From Acidimicrobiia bacterium (GTDB lineage: Bacteria; Actinomycetota; Acidimicrobiia; Spongiisociales; Spongiisociaceae): DNA of 64,000 nucleotides. Position numbers and translations under genes: made by a program. The stretch lies in assembly GCA_041576165.1 (NCBI GenBank), contig JBFGLM010000018.1, positions 20,549 to 84,548 of the forward strand, given 5' to 3'. Below, piece by piece: positions 48,636-57,712 of the stretch. The notes under the pieces are model-generated. The model saw only the letters and a program-made list of their open reading frames with translations. It searched no databases and was not told where the DNA came from. Within the stretch, counting starts at the first letter, position 1; every line of letters starts with the position of its first letter.

Positions 48636-49094
48636 TCACCGGGGCGCGCGCCCTTCGGCCAGCATCTCAATCGCCCTGGCAACCCGCCGGTCCTGCGTCG
48701 CCGGTCGCTTCGCGTCGTTGATCAATTCCACATACTCGCGCTGGTGGCTGGAGGACAGCTCCTCGAAGTACACGCGCGCCTCGTCCGTCTCGGCAAGGGC
48801 TTCAGCCAGAGCGGGCGGGACCTCCACGCTTCGCGGGTCCGTGTCAAGCTCCAGAATCACCGCCACCTCGTCACCGGGAGCCAGCCCGGCAGCCTGACGG
48901 TTCTGGCGGTTGAGGGGGAGAAAGAACCAGTCGCCGTAGGGCGCCACCGTGCTGCGGTACGGATGAGATCCGCCCGTGACCCGGACCGGGGGCCGCTTTC
49001 GTTCACCGAGTGCGGCCACGACAGCCGCCGGGACCCGAAAGCCGGTAGCCGTTTTGCCGAAGAGCTCAACCGTCGCCTGAAATGTCTCACTCAC
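48636..49094 (-). CDS. DUF1905 + YdeI/OmpD-associated family protein
   Basis: ATGFRVP, RPPVRVT, YRSTVA, VEVPPALAEAL, LSSSHQREYV..I.DAKRPAT. Confidence 0.88.
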   Translation of the reverse strand: MSETFQATVELFGKTATGFRVPAAVVAALGERKRPPVRVTGGSHPYRSTVAPYGDWFFLPLNRQNRQAAGLAPGDEVAVILELDTDPRSVEVPPALAEALAETDEARVYFEELSSSHQREYVELINDAKRPATQDRRVARAIEMLAEGRAPR

Positions 49095-49158
49095 CGTGTC
49101 TTGCCTCGCCGTAGCCCGAGGATACGCCGCTTGCGCGGGGGCCGGCGCCTTCGTGAGC

Positions 49159-50235
49159 TCACGAGAGCCTGATGACATTGCGCAGGTCGTCGCCCCGCTC
49201 GACACCGGTCATGGCCTCGTTGATCAGGTCGAGGGGATAGATGTCTGAGACCATGCGCTCCAGCCGGAGTTCCCCCGATCGGTAGAGGTCAATCAAATAC
49301 GGCACGTCGACCTGCGGGTCGGCCGAGCCCATCTTCGAACCCAGAATCGTCAGTGACGCATCGCAGAATTCGGCCACTTCGATCTCGGCCGCAACGCCCG
49401 AGGGCGGCATCCCGATGAAGACCACCGTCCCGCCCCGGCGCACCATCTGCAGGCCGTCAGAGATCGCCTGGGCGACGCCGGCAGCCACAAAGACGTAATC
49501 CGCGCCCAACCCGTCGGTGGCAGCCTGCACTGCTTCGATCGCATCATCTTGTGATGCGTCCCCGGCCACGGTGGCGCCGAATGCCAGCGCGCGCTCGAGT
49601 TTTGACGCAACCAGGTCTACGGCGATCAGAGTGGCGGCCCGGCAATGCGCCGCGCCTTGAACTGCGCTCATCCCCACCCCGCCGACCCCGATGACCGCAG
49701 CGGACGAGGCCGGCTGCATTCTGGCGGTCTTGGTGACTGCACCAAACCCGGTGATGACGCCGCACGCCAGCAGGCAGGCCGAAGCCAGCGGGATATCGTC
49801 GGGGACTGCCACGACCTGGGAATGGTGGACAACTGTCTGCTGGGAGAAGGCGCCGGTGCGCAGGCCCTGTGCGATCGATTCGCCGCTCTCACTCGAAAAC
49901 GGGGACCGATCGTCGAACAGACCGTTGCACAGATGTGTTTCCTCCCGCTGACAGTGAAAGCAGGTGCCGCACGATCGTACGAGTCCCACGACCACCCGCT
50001 GCCCGGGAACCACCGAGCCGGCCCCCGGGCCGATCGACTCGACCACACCTGCCGCCTCATGGCCGAAGATCGACGGCAACGGCCCACCCCAGCCTCCACG
50101 GGCGTAGGTGATATCGCTGTGACAGATTGCACACACCTCGATGTTGACGCGGACCTGGCCAGGGCCGGGCGGCGCCACCTCGATGGCCTCGATGACAAGC
50201 GGTTTTCCGTGAGCGCGACAGACCGCCGCGTTCAT
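49159..50235 (-). CDS. Zinc-dependent alcohol dehydrogenase
   Basis: AICHSD, GHEAAG, CGTCFHC...C, LLACGVITG, GVGGVG. Confidence 0.93.
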   Translation of the reverse strand: MNAAVCRAHGKPLVIEAIEVAPPGPGQVRVNIEVCAICHSDITYARGGWGGPLPSIFGHEAAGVVESIGPGAGSVVPGQRVVVGLVRSCGTCFHCQREETHLCNGLFDDRSPFSSESGESIAQGLRTGAFSQQTVVHHSQVVAVPDDIPLASACLLACGVITGFGAVTKTARMQPASSAAVIGVGGVGMSAVQGAAHCRAATLIAVDLVASKLERALAFGATVAGDASQDDAIEAVQAATDGLGADYVFVAAGVAQAISDGLQMVRRGGTVVFIGMPPSGVAAEIEVAEFCDASLTILGSKMGSADPQVDVPYLIDLYRSGELRLERMVSDIYPLDLINEAMTGVERGDDLRNVIRLS

Positions 50236-50262
50236 AACGCCGGTGGGTGATGCCGGTGGGGG

Positions 50263-50604
50263 CTAGGCCTCAGCGCGCGCCTCGGCCGCCGATGCCCGGA
50301 GCATTTCCCGGCCCATGCGGTAATGAGCCAACCCTGCGATCTGGCGGATGGAGCGCGGAGAACGTTTGAACCGCTCGGCCACCTGCTCGTGTGATTCACC
50401 CGCATCCAATAATGCCAGCACGCGCGACTCGATCGCCCGGGGATAGTTGCCGCTGGGAGGCCGAGAACGTGGAATCTCGGTCCAGCTGATGATCCGCTCC
50501 ACCTGGTCTGCGCTGCGACCGATCCGACGTCCAATCTCGTCTGCTCCGAGGCCTTCGTCGCGCATGGCCAGGACTCGTCGTTCCAGTGCTCGCAGGTGCT
50601 CCAT
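50263..50604 (-). CDS. Small tandem-HTH protein
   Basis: Two repeats: RALERRVLAMRDEG...IGRRIGRS and RAIESRVLALLDAG...VAERFKRS. Confidence 0.7.
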   Translation of the reverse strand: MEHLRALERRVLAMRDEGLGADEIGRRIGRSADQVERIISWTEIPRSRPPSGNYPRAIESRVLALLDAGESHEQVAERFKRSPRSIRQIAGLAHYRMGREMLRASAAEARAEA

Positions 50605-50640
50605 TCGTACTCCCTTGGCGGACAACTCCGTATGGTGAGG

Positions 50641-51384
50641 CTAGCGATTTGTTCGATGAACCGGCGCCGCCCGCGTTTGAGGGGGTGCCGGCGCCGGGCC
50701 GACGTCGGAGCTGGCGTAGGCCAGCCAGAATTCGCCCAGATGGAAATCGGCCGGGCGCTCGAACCGGGATCCGGTGGTGCGGGCAGCGGTGAAATCGGCA
50801 ACGGGGTGCGCCGCCACCTGCCCGTCAGCCACCGTCACCAGATACCACTCGCCGGCCTTCAGCACGAGCGCCAGCGGGTGATGGACCACCTCGGGGCCGC
50901 CGGCGACCGCGGCTGCAACGACACGGCGCCGGCGGATGGTGCTCGCGAAGAACGCAATGCTCTCCACCGGCGGCGCGGCATCCCACGGGTCGATGTCATG
51001 CAGAAAATGCTCCCGGCTGGACTCGGCATGACTCCGCGCGCCCGGGGGAAGGGATTCCAGCAGCTTGAGGCCGGCTCGGTCGAGGGCATCGCCGAGTCCG
51101 AGCAGCCGTGCAACCGCCGGCATCCCCATCAGAAAGAGCGATTCTGCTTCGTCCTCGTTCAGCCCGGTCAGCTGGCTCCGGAAGCCGCGCCACAGCTCGA
51201 AGCCGCCTTGCGGCCCTCTGATCGAGTAGATCGGCACACCGGCGTTGCCCAGCGCCTCGACGTCGCGCAGAATCGTCCGGCGAGATACTTCCAGTTCTTC
51301 AGCCAGCTGCCCGGCTGACATCCGATTCCGGTTTTGGAGGAGCAGCAGGAGCTGGAGGCGTTGAGCCTGGCCGAGGTGGAGCAC
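50641..51384 (-). CDS. HTH-WYL transcriptional regulator (YafY/PafB-like), no WCX domain
   Basis: LLLLLQ...LAEELEVSRRTILRDVEAL...GVPI...GPQGG; PLALVLKAGEWYLV; start uncertain. Confidence 0.85.
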   Translation of the reverse strand: MLHLGQAQRLQLLLLLQNRNRMSAGQLAEELEVSRRTILRDVEALGNAGVPIYSIRGPQGGFELWRGFRSQLTGLNEDEAESLFLMGMPAVARLLGLGDALDRAGLKLLESLPPGARSHAESSREHFLHDIDPWDAAPPVESIAFFASTIRRRRVVAAAVAGGPEVVHHPLALVLKAGEWYLVTVADGQVAAHPVADFTAARTTGSRFERPADFHLGEFWLAYASSDVGPAPAPPQTRAAPVHRTNR

Positions 51385-51467
51385 AACGCCCGCAACAATC
51401 GGATGCGGGCCATCTAACCGGCGACGGGCGGACACCCGCCGCCTGGGTGCGCCGGCGAGTGTTGTCG

Positions 51468-51499
51468 CGCTGAGGGGGGTGCGGTCACCCCCCTCAGCG
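51468..51499 (-). terminator. Perfect 14-bp hairpin, likely terminator of the PepSY gene
   Basis: CGCTGAGGGGGGTG-CGGT-CACCCCCCTCAGCG, 25 nt past the PepSY stop. Confidence 0.75.
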
Positions 51500-51523
51500 T
51501 TTGCCTTGGTTGTTGGGACCGGA

Positions 51524-51847
51524 TCAGCCGTCGCTGTCGTCGTCTTCGGTTCCGTCGTCCTCAGTACCGACGACGTTGAACTGTTCGTCTAGTTGAACAT
51601 CTACCTGGCGGCCGTCATCCATAGTGACTTCGACCTCGTAGTAGCTCTCTTCGTCGCCTACCTCAGTCTCGGTGACTGTTCCGCCGCCCATGTGAGCTAT
51701 CGCGGTCTCACTGGCCTGCTCGAGCGCAGGACCGGTGATCGGCACCTCAGGATCAGCGTCGCTGGTCGCCCCGGCCACGGTCGGGATAGCCGCTGCGGCC
51801 GCGGCCACCGCGGCACCGGCGAGCAAGAGCTTCGTTCTCGTTTGCAT
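51524..51847 (-). CDS. Secreted PepSY-domain protein
   Basis: Signal peptide, GGGTVTETE, YYEVEV...VDVQLD, acidic tail. Confidence 0.88.
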   Translation of the reverse strand: MQTRTKLLLAGAAVAAAAAAIPTVAGATSDADPEVPITGPALEQASETAIAHMGGGTVTETEVGDEESYYEVEVTMDDGRQVDVQLDEQFNVVGTEDDGTEDDDSDG

Positions 51848-51926
51848 ATACGTGTCCTTTCAGATTTGTTCCGGATCGTACGAATCGAACCTGACCGCGG
51901 CCTGACAGCACTCCGAGGGTACGGGA

Positions 51927-51953
51927 CAGCAAAGAGTCAGCAAAGAGTCAGCA
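51927..51953. promoter_or_regulatory. 11-bp phased direct repeats, probable OmpR-family binding site
   Basis: CAGCAAAGAGT-CAGCAAAGAGT-CAGCA between the divergent PepSY and response regulator genes. Confidence 0.65.
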
Positions 51954-51968
51954 GGAACCAGCGAGAAT

Positions 51969-52652
51969 GTGGGGGTGAAGCTGCTGCTCGTAGAAGACGA
52001 TCGCAAGATCGCGACCGCGGTCAAGCGAGGGCTGGAAGCGGAGGGGTTCACGGTCGACGTTGCGTTCGACGGTCTCGACGGCTTGTGGATGGCGCAGGAA
52101 GGTAGCTTCGAGGCCATCGTGCTCGACATCATGCTGCCCGGCCGCAACGGGTACCAGATCTGCCGGGACCTGCGGGAGGCGGGCGACTGGACCCCAATCC
52201 TCATGCTCACCGCCAAGGACGGCGATCTGGATGAGGCGGAAGCGCTGGATACCGGGGCGGATGACTACCTGACCAAGCCGTTTTCCTTTCCGGTGCTGGT
52301 GGCGCGACTGCGCGCGCTGCTGCGGCGGGTCAGCAGCAAGACGCCGCCGCCCCTACAAGTGGGGGACCTGAGGATCGATCCCGTGCAGCGCAAGGCGTGG
52401 CGCGGAGAAGATGAGCTGGAACTGACCGCGCGCCAGTTTCAGGTTCTCGAATTCCTGATGCGCCGGGCCGATCAGGTGCTGTCGAAGGACGAGATTCTCG
52501 CCGGGGTGTGGGAATACGACTTCGAGGGCACCGCCAACATCGTCGAGGTCTACATCAAGCGCCTCCGCAGTCGGATCGACGAGCCGTACGATCGGCAGGC
52601 GATCGAGACCGTGCGGGGGGCGGGCTACCGGTTGCGGAGTGATGGAGGATAG
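51969..52652 (+). CDS. OmpR-family response regulator
   Basis: LLVEDD, LDIMLP, LTAKD, GADDYLTKPF, ETVRGAGY. Confidence 0.96.
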   Translation: MGVKLLLVEDDRKIATAVKRGLEAEGFTVDVAFDGLDGLWMAQEGSFEAIVLDIMLPGRNGYQICRDLREAGDWTPILMLTAKDGDLDEAEALDTGADDYLTKPFSFPVLVARLRALLRRVSSKTPPPLQVGDLRIDPVQRKAWRGEDELELTARQFQVLEFLMRRADQVLSKDEILAGVWEYDFEGTANIVEVYIKRLRSRIDEPYDRQAIETVRGAGYRLRSDGG

Positions 52653-53985
52653 GCGCCGCCGGCTGCGTCTCGGTACCATCCGCGCCCGCATCACCGCACT
52701 GGCCGCGGTGGTCGTGGGGATCGTTTTGTTCGTCACGGCCGTCACCATCCTTCTCATCCAGGAGCAGCAGCTCACCGCGGCAGTGGACGGGGCCTTGCGG
52801 GTGCGGGCCGACGAAATCGAGGCGCTGGTGGCCAATCGGGCCGAGCCGGCAGAGGCGTTGGGTGAGGCCGGCACATCCGATCGTCCGATCCAGATAGTTG
52901 GCCCGGGAGGCATCGTGGTGGCGGCCAGCCCGCCAATCGATGCGTTCGGTTCGGCGGTCGACCAGGAGATCACCCGCGAGACATTTCGCACCTTCGAAAC
53001 ACTGCCGATCGAAGACGACCAGTACCGGGTCCTGTCGCGACCAATCGGCGAGGGACGCGTGCTACACGTCGCATCCAACCTGGAAGAGGTGCGTGAGAGC
53101 ACCCGGGTGCTGGCCGGCTCGCTGATCTTTGCCGTCCCGGTTGCCGTCATCGTGCTTGCCGGCGTCGTGTGGTGGTTGGTGGGACGGACCCTGCGGCCGG
53201 TGAGCGCCATTCAGGCCGAGGTACAGTCGATAACTGCCGATCAACTGGACCGGCGGGTTCCCCGGCCGGACACCGACGACGAGATCGACCAATTGGCGGC
53301 CACGATGAACGAGATGCTGGATCGGGTCGATCATTCGGTACGGGCGCAGCGGCGGTTCGTGGCCGATGCCTCACATGAGCTGCGGAGTCCCTTGACGCGG
53401 ATCAGAACCGATCTCGAGATTGGGTGGGCGGAGGGCGAGGCCGAGCAGGCGCTTGTTTCTCTCCACGAGGAAGTCGCTGGACTGCAAGCGCTGGTCGAGG
53501 ACTTGCTCCATCTCGCCCGGAGCGATGCCGGGGTGCAGGTGGCAGGTAGTGAACTGGTCGACCTCGACGACGTCACTCAACGCGAGGTTGCTTCGATGCG
53601 CGCGACCGCCCGCGTCCCGGTGGTGACCGACGTGGAGAGTGTCATCGTGCGGGGCAGCCCCGAGCGCCTGGCCCGAGTGGTCCGGAACCTGTTGGACAAT
53701 GCCGTGCGACACGCCCATCAAGAAGTACGAGTGTCGCTGTTCGAGGAGGACGGTCACGCCGTACTCGCCGTCGCCGACGATGGTGCCGGGATCCCCGAGT
53801 CGGCTGTGGCTTCTATATTCGAGCGGTTCGTGCGGACCGACGAAAGCCGCAGCGCAGACAAGGGGGGCACGGGTTTGGGGCTGGCGATCGCCCGCGACAT
53901 CGTTGAGCGTCACGGCGGCACAATATTCGTGGATACCGAAGTTCAGTCAGGGGCGCGATTCGTGGTGCACCTCCCCACGGAATGA
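52639..53985 (+). CDS. HAMP sensor histidine kinase
   Basis: FVADASHELRSPL, NLLDNA, DDGAGI, FERF, GTGLGLAI. Confidence 0.96.
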   Translation: MMEDRRRRLRLGTIRARITALAAVVVGIVLFVTAVTILLIQEQQLTAAVDGALRVRADEIEALVANRAEPAEALGEAGTSDRPIQIVGPGGIVVAASPPIDAFGSAVDQEITRETFRTFETLPIEDDQYRVLSRPIGEGRVLHVASNLEEVRESTRVLAGSLIFAVPVAVIVLAGVVWWLVGRTLRPVSAIQAEVQSITADQLDRRVPRPDTDDEIDQLAATMNEMLDRVDHSVRAQRRFVADASHELRSPLTRIRTDLEIGWAEGEAEQALVSLHEEVAGLQALVEDLLHLARSDAGVQVAGSELVDLDDVTQREVASMRATARVPVVTDVESVIVRGSPERLARVVRNLLDNAVRHAHQEVRVSLFEEDGHAVLAVADDGAGIPESAVASIFERFVRTDESRSADKGGTGLGLAIARDIVERHGGTIFVDTEVQSGARFVVHLPTE

Positions 53986-53992
53986 CCAGGAA

Positions 53993-54835
53993 TCACACCG
54001 TCAGCCGGCGACGGCTGCGGCGCAGGTTCGTCGCGGTCAGCACGATGAAGAAGATGAGCACGGGCGTCACCGCCATGGTGGCGGATCCCGAGGTGTCGGC
54101 ATGAAAGCTGACGATCAGGCCCAGCACCACACTCACCAGTCCGATCAGAGCGCTGGTCGCCATCATCACCGGGAGCCGTCGGACGAGCAGGGCGGCGGTC
54201 GCCGGGGGCGCCACCAGCAAGCCAAACACCAGGAGAGTGCCGATCGTTTGGTAGGAGCCGATGATGGCGAGGGTGATGAGCGCGAGCATTGCCGCATTGG
54301 ACCACCCCGGGTTCAGCCCCAGCAAGCGGGCCTTCTGTTCGTTGAATGACAGCGCCAGGAATGGTCGGTAGAGAAGGATCGACGCGCCGACGACGACCGC
54401 GGCGAGCACGGCGAGCACCACCAGGTCGCCGACCGTCACACCGAGCGCGTCACCGAAGAGAATGCCGGTCAGGCTGCCTGAATACGACGGTGTTCGCGAG
54501 ATGAGTATCACGCCCAGGCCCAGCATCCCGACAAACAGCAGCCCGATGCCGGTGTCTTCCGAAAAGGCGGTCTGGCGGTGCACGAGGTTGATGCCGGCGA
54601 TCATCACCCCGGCCGCACCGGCGGCGCCGACCAGCACGTTGAAGTCGAGAAGCACCGCCAGAGCGATTCCCGGGATCACCCCGTGCACCAGGGCATCGCC
54701 CAAGAAGGTCATCCCCCGGGTGATCACCCAGGTGCCGACAACCGACGTGGCGATAGCCGCCAGCGCACCGCCGACCAGCGCTCGTTGCTGAAACGCCAGT
54801 TCAAATGGGTCGAGCAGCCAGTCCACAATCGGCAC
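53993..54835 (-). CDS. aztB: Zinc ABC transporter permease (AztB/ZnuB)
   Basis: GDALVHGVIPG, EDTGIG, LFGDALG, GTLLV..LLVAPPA. Confidence 0.88.
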   Translation of the reverse strand: MPIVDWLLDPFELAFQQRALVGGALAAIATSVVGTWVITRGMTFLGDALVHGVIPGIALAVLLDFNVLVGAAGAAGVMIAGINLVHRQTAFSEDTGIGLLFVGMLGLGVILISRTPSYSGSLTGILFGDALGVTVGDLVVLAVLAAVVVGASILLYRPFLALSFNEQKARLLGLNPGWSNAAMLALITLAIIGSYQTIGTLLVFGLLVAPPATAALLVRRLPVMMATSALIGLVSVVLGLIVSFHADTSGSATMAVTPVLIFFIVLTATNLRRSRRRLTV

Positions 54836-54856
54836 GCTAGCTCGCGCCGTCCGCGC

Positions 54857-55786
54857 TCATGGCCGCAGCGCGTCCACGATTCGTGAGGCATTCAACTGGT
54901 GCAGCTCGATCAGCGTCTCCGCTCCAGACCCGGCCTCGCCCAGGGAGCCGCCGTGCAGTTCGACAACTGCGACGTCCGCATCGGACGCCAAGGCTGTGGT
55001 CAGTGCCGACACGTCAATGGTGTCCGTGAAGATCGCCGGCACATCTCGTTCATCGATGATGCGCAGCAAATCAGCGAGCTCGGAAGAACTGGGATCCGAC
55101 AGTGTCGAGCCGCCCGGTATCACCACACCTGCGATCTCGAAGCCGTAGCGGTGGGCGAAATAGCCCATGAAGTCGTGAGTCGTGACCAGGACCCGCCGCT
55201 CCCCAGGTATTGCGGCCAGCTCCGCCTGTACTGCGCCATCTGTTGCCAGCAAGTCCTCGGCGTACTGATCGGCTGCGGGCGCCCAGTCCGTTTGGGGTGC
55301 GACCTCCGCCAGCGCGCTGGCGATGATACCGGTTGCGCGGGCCATCCTCGAGAGATCCATCCACACATGCGGGTCGACAGCGACGTCGTCCCCCGCGCCA
55401 TCGGCCGTTGTCAAAGGTATCGGATCGAGCTGCGGTCCGACCCGGAGGATACGGGCGCCTTCCGCGACGGCCGCGTCGAGGACGGCGTCCAGCCCCTCTT
55501 CCAGGGCGAGTCCGTTGGCGACGACGAGATCGGCCGATCGAATTCGAGCCGCTTGTTGTGACGACAGCTGGTACTCATGCGGATCGGCACCGGTCGGGAT
55601 CAGCACCTCCACCTGGGCCCGGTCGAGCACGACATTGCGGACGAGATCACCCAGGATGCTGGTAGTCGTAACCACCAGGGGACGGTCGCGACTCCCCTCC
55701 GACGGCTCGCCGGCGGTCCCGCAGGCCGTAACGAGGCCGGCTGATAAGGAACCCGCAACGATCAGCATCAACCACCTGGGGGGCAT
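54857..55786 (-). CDS. aztC: Zinc ABC substrate-binding lipoprotein (AztC/ZnuA)
   Basis: Lipobox LVTAC, GADPHEY, NGLALE, DPHVW, TTHD. Confidence 0.88.
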   Translation of the reverse strand: MPPRWLMLIVAGSLSAGLVTACGTAGEPSEGSRDRPLVVTTTSILGDLVRNVVLDRAQVEVLIPTGADPHEYQLSSQQAARIRSADLVVANGLALEEGLDAVLDAAVAEGARILRVGPQLDPIPLTTADGAGDDVAVDPHVWMDLSRMARATGIIASALAEVAPQTDWAPAADQYAEDLLATDGAVQAELAAIPGERRVLVTTHDFMGYFAHRYGFEIAGVVIPGGSTLSDPSSSELADLLRIIDERDVPAIFTDTIDVSALTTALASDADVAVVELHGGSLGEAGSGAETLIELHQLNASRIVDALRP

Positions 55787-55803
55787 TCTCACCTTCCCAA
55801 TTG

Positions 55804-55824
55804 AAATGAGAATCATTCTTATTT
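55804..55824. promoter_or_regulatory. Zur/Fur box
   Basis: AT-rich 9-3-9 palindrome AAATGAGAA-TCA-TTCTTATTT between divergent aztC and zur. Confidence 0.8.
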
Positions 55825-55856
55825 ATCGTGTGCAAGATACTCGCGGGGTTCGGTGG

Positions 55857-56294
55857 ATGACAAACACGCTGGAGCACCAGGTCCGGGCGCACTTGGCCGA
55901 ACACGGTGTGCGTTTCACCCGCGGCCGGCGGCTGGTCGTCGAAGCTCTGGCTGCGGCTGATGGCCCGCGTTCCGCGGCAGAGCTGCATGATGACCTCGGC
56001 CGGTCCATACCGGTTTCGTCCCTGTACCGGTCGCTGGCGGTGATGGCAGATGCCGGGGTGCTGGCGCCGCATCACGGCACCCGCGGGCTCACCCGCTACG
56101 AGCTGGCCGAATGGCTGGGCGGGCATCACCACCATTTCGTGTGCATCGGCTGTGGATCGGTGGACGACGTCGAGTTGCCGGACGAACTGGAACATACCCT
56201 CGAGGCGCTGGTGTCGCAGGTGGCGGGCGCAAGGCGGTTCGCGGCTCATGGTCACGTGTTAGAGATCGACGGCCATTGTCGGGCCTGCGCATGA
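55857..56294 (+). CDS. zur: Fur-family regulator, zinc uptake type
   Basis: RFTRGR, SLYRSL, HHHHFVCIGCG, C-terminal CRAC; sits among Zn ABC genes. Confidence 0.85.
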   Translation: MTNTLEHQVRAHLAEHGVRFTRGRRLVVEALAAADGPRSAAELHDDLGRSIPVSSLYRSLAVMADAGVLAPHHGTRGLTRYELAEWLGGHHHHFVCIGCGSVDDVELPDELEHTLEALVSQVAGARRFAAHGHVLEIDGHCRACA

Positions 56295-57127
56295 CGTCGG
56301 TGGCCATCAGCGCGACCGACGCCGTATTCGCCTACGACGGACGGGTTGCCCTTGATCGTTCGAGTTTCGAAATCCCCACGGGGGTCATCACGGCGCTCAT
56401 CGGACCCAACGGTTCCGGCAAGTCCACCCTCTTGAACGGCATCGCCGGTCTGATCGAGCCGGTGACCGGCTCGCTGGCAGTTGCTCCGGTCGATGGCCGT
56501 CCGCCGCGGATCGCCTACGTGCTGCAGGGCACCAAAGTCGACGAGGCGCTGCCGGTGACGGTGCGCGAGGTGGTGATGATGGCTCGCTATGCCGGCCGGG
56601 GGGCCTTGCGCCGGCTGACGGTCGACGACCGGGCAGCAGTCGATGAGGCCATGCGTCGCATGGACATCATCGACATCGCCAACCGCCATCTCTCCGAGCT
56701 GTCGGGGGGTCAGCGACAGCGGGTGTTTGTCGCCCAGGGGCTGGCGCAGGCACACGACGTGTTGCTGCTGGACGAACCGGTTACCGGCCTCGACCTGCTT
56801 TCAGCTCAAGCGATCGACGATGTGATTCACGACGAGCATGCCCGGGGCTGCACCGTCGTCATGACCACGCATGATCTCGCCGAGGCCCGCGTAGCCGATC
56901 ACGCCATCCTCTTGTCCCGCCGGGTTGTGGCCTGGGGCAAACCATCCGAGGTTCTGACCGTCGAACATCTCACGGAGGCCTACGGTGCCAGCCTGCTGCA
57001 CGTGGACGGTGAGCGCTTGTTCATCGACGATCCCCACCATCATCCGGCCATGAGCCGCCACACCCATGAACGGAGCATCCACCTCGAGACCTCCACCACC
57101 GACGTCCATCCGCCCCACGACCACTGA
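56291..57127 (+). CDS. aztA: Zinc ABC transporter ATPase (AztA/ZnuC) with His-rich tail
   Basis: GPNGSGKST, LSGGQRQR, LLLDEP, TTHD; tail PHHHP...HPPHDH. Confidence 0.88.
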   Translation: MTSVAISATDAVFAYDGRVALDRSSFEIPTGVITALIGPNGSGKSTLLNGIAGLIEPVTGSLAVAPVDGRPPRIAYVLQGTKVDEALPVTVREVVMMARYAGRGALRRLTVDDRAAVDEAMRRMDIIDIANRHLSELSGGQRQRVFVAQGLAQAHDVLLLDEPVTGLDLLSAQAIDDVIHDEHARGCTVVMTTHDLAEARVADHAILLSRRVVAWGKPSEVLTVEHLTEAYGASLLHVDGERLFIDDPHHHPAMSRHTHERSIHLETSTTDVHPPHDH

Positions 57128-57147
57128 ACGACGCCACGGCCCATGAG

Positions 57148-57573
57148 TCATAGCGGTTCCAGCAGCACCAGTGGGATCTCGCGGTCGCTCGCAGACTGGT
57201 ACACGTCAAAATCCGGCCATACCGCCACCGCCACGGGCCAGAGGCGGGTGCGCTCCGTTCCGCTCACCGGCTGCGCCCGCAAGGCGTGAATGGCGGCGCC
57301 GTCCTGGAGGTGCACTTCGGGATTCGCCCGGAGGTTCAGATACCAGGCGGGATGGTGCGGTGCTCCACCCATCGAAGCAACCACGATGTAGGCGGATTCG
57401 TGCTTCACCCGAATCAGGGGCGTTTTGCGAAGCGCCCCGGTCCGGCGCCCGACGGTGGTGAGGATCACGACCGGGGCACCGTTGTCCATCAGACCACCAC
57501 GTGCTCCGGCCGACTCTTCGTAACGAGCGACCTGATCGCGGACGAAGGGGATCGGGCTGGGTACGTAGTTCAC
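57148..57573 (-). CDS. F420-dependent nitroreductase (Ddn family)
   Basis: LTTVGRRTG.LRKTPL, VASMGGAP.HPAWYLNL.ANP, YQ...REIP. Confidence 0.93.
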   Translation of the reverse strand: MNYVPSPIPFVRDQVARYEESAGARGGLMDNGAPVVILTTVGRRTGALRKTPLIRVKHESAYIVVASMGGAPHHPAWYLNLRANPEVHLQDGAAIHALRAQPVSGTERTRLWPVAVAVWPDFDVYQSASDREIPLVLLEPL

Positions 57574-57712
57574 CGATGGACCTCACTGCCGGTTCTCCGA
57601 TTCTGGCGGCCTCGCCGGTCGCCGTCACCTCGCCGCCGCGCGGGGCTGTCAACTGCGCCGGTCGCGAGCAGGCGTGCGGTAACGTCCCCGGGGCGTCGTC
57701 CAGGAGCTGCAG

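Noticed and set aside
51489-51498. CCCCTCAGC match to the tRNA-Ala 3' region as a possible attR
   Set aside because: Only 9 bp, part of a terminator hairpin, and expected by chance
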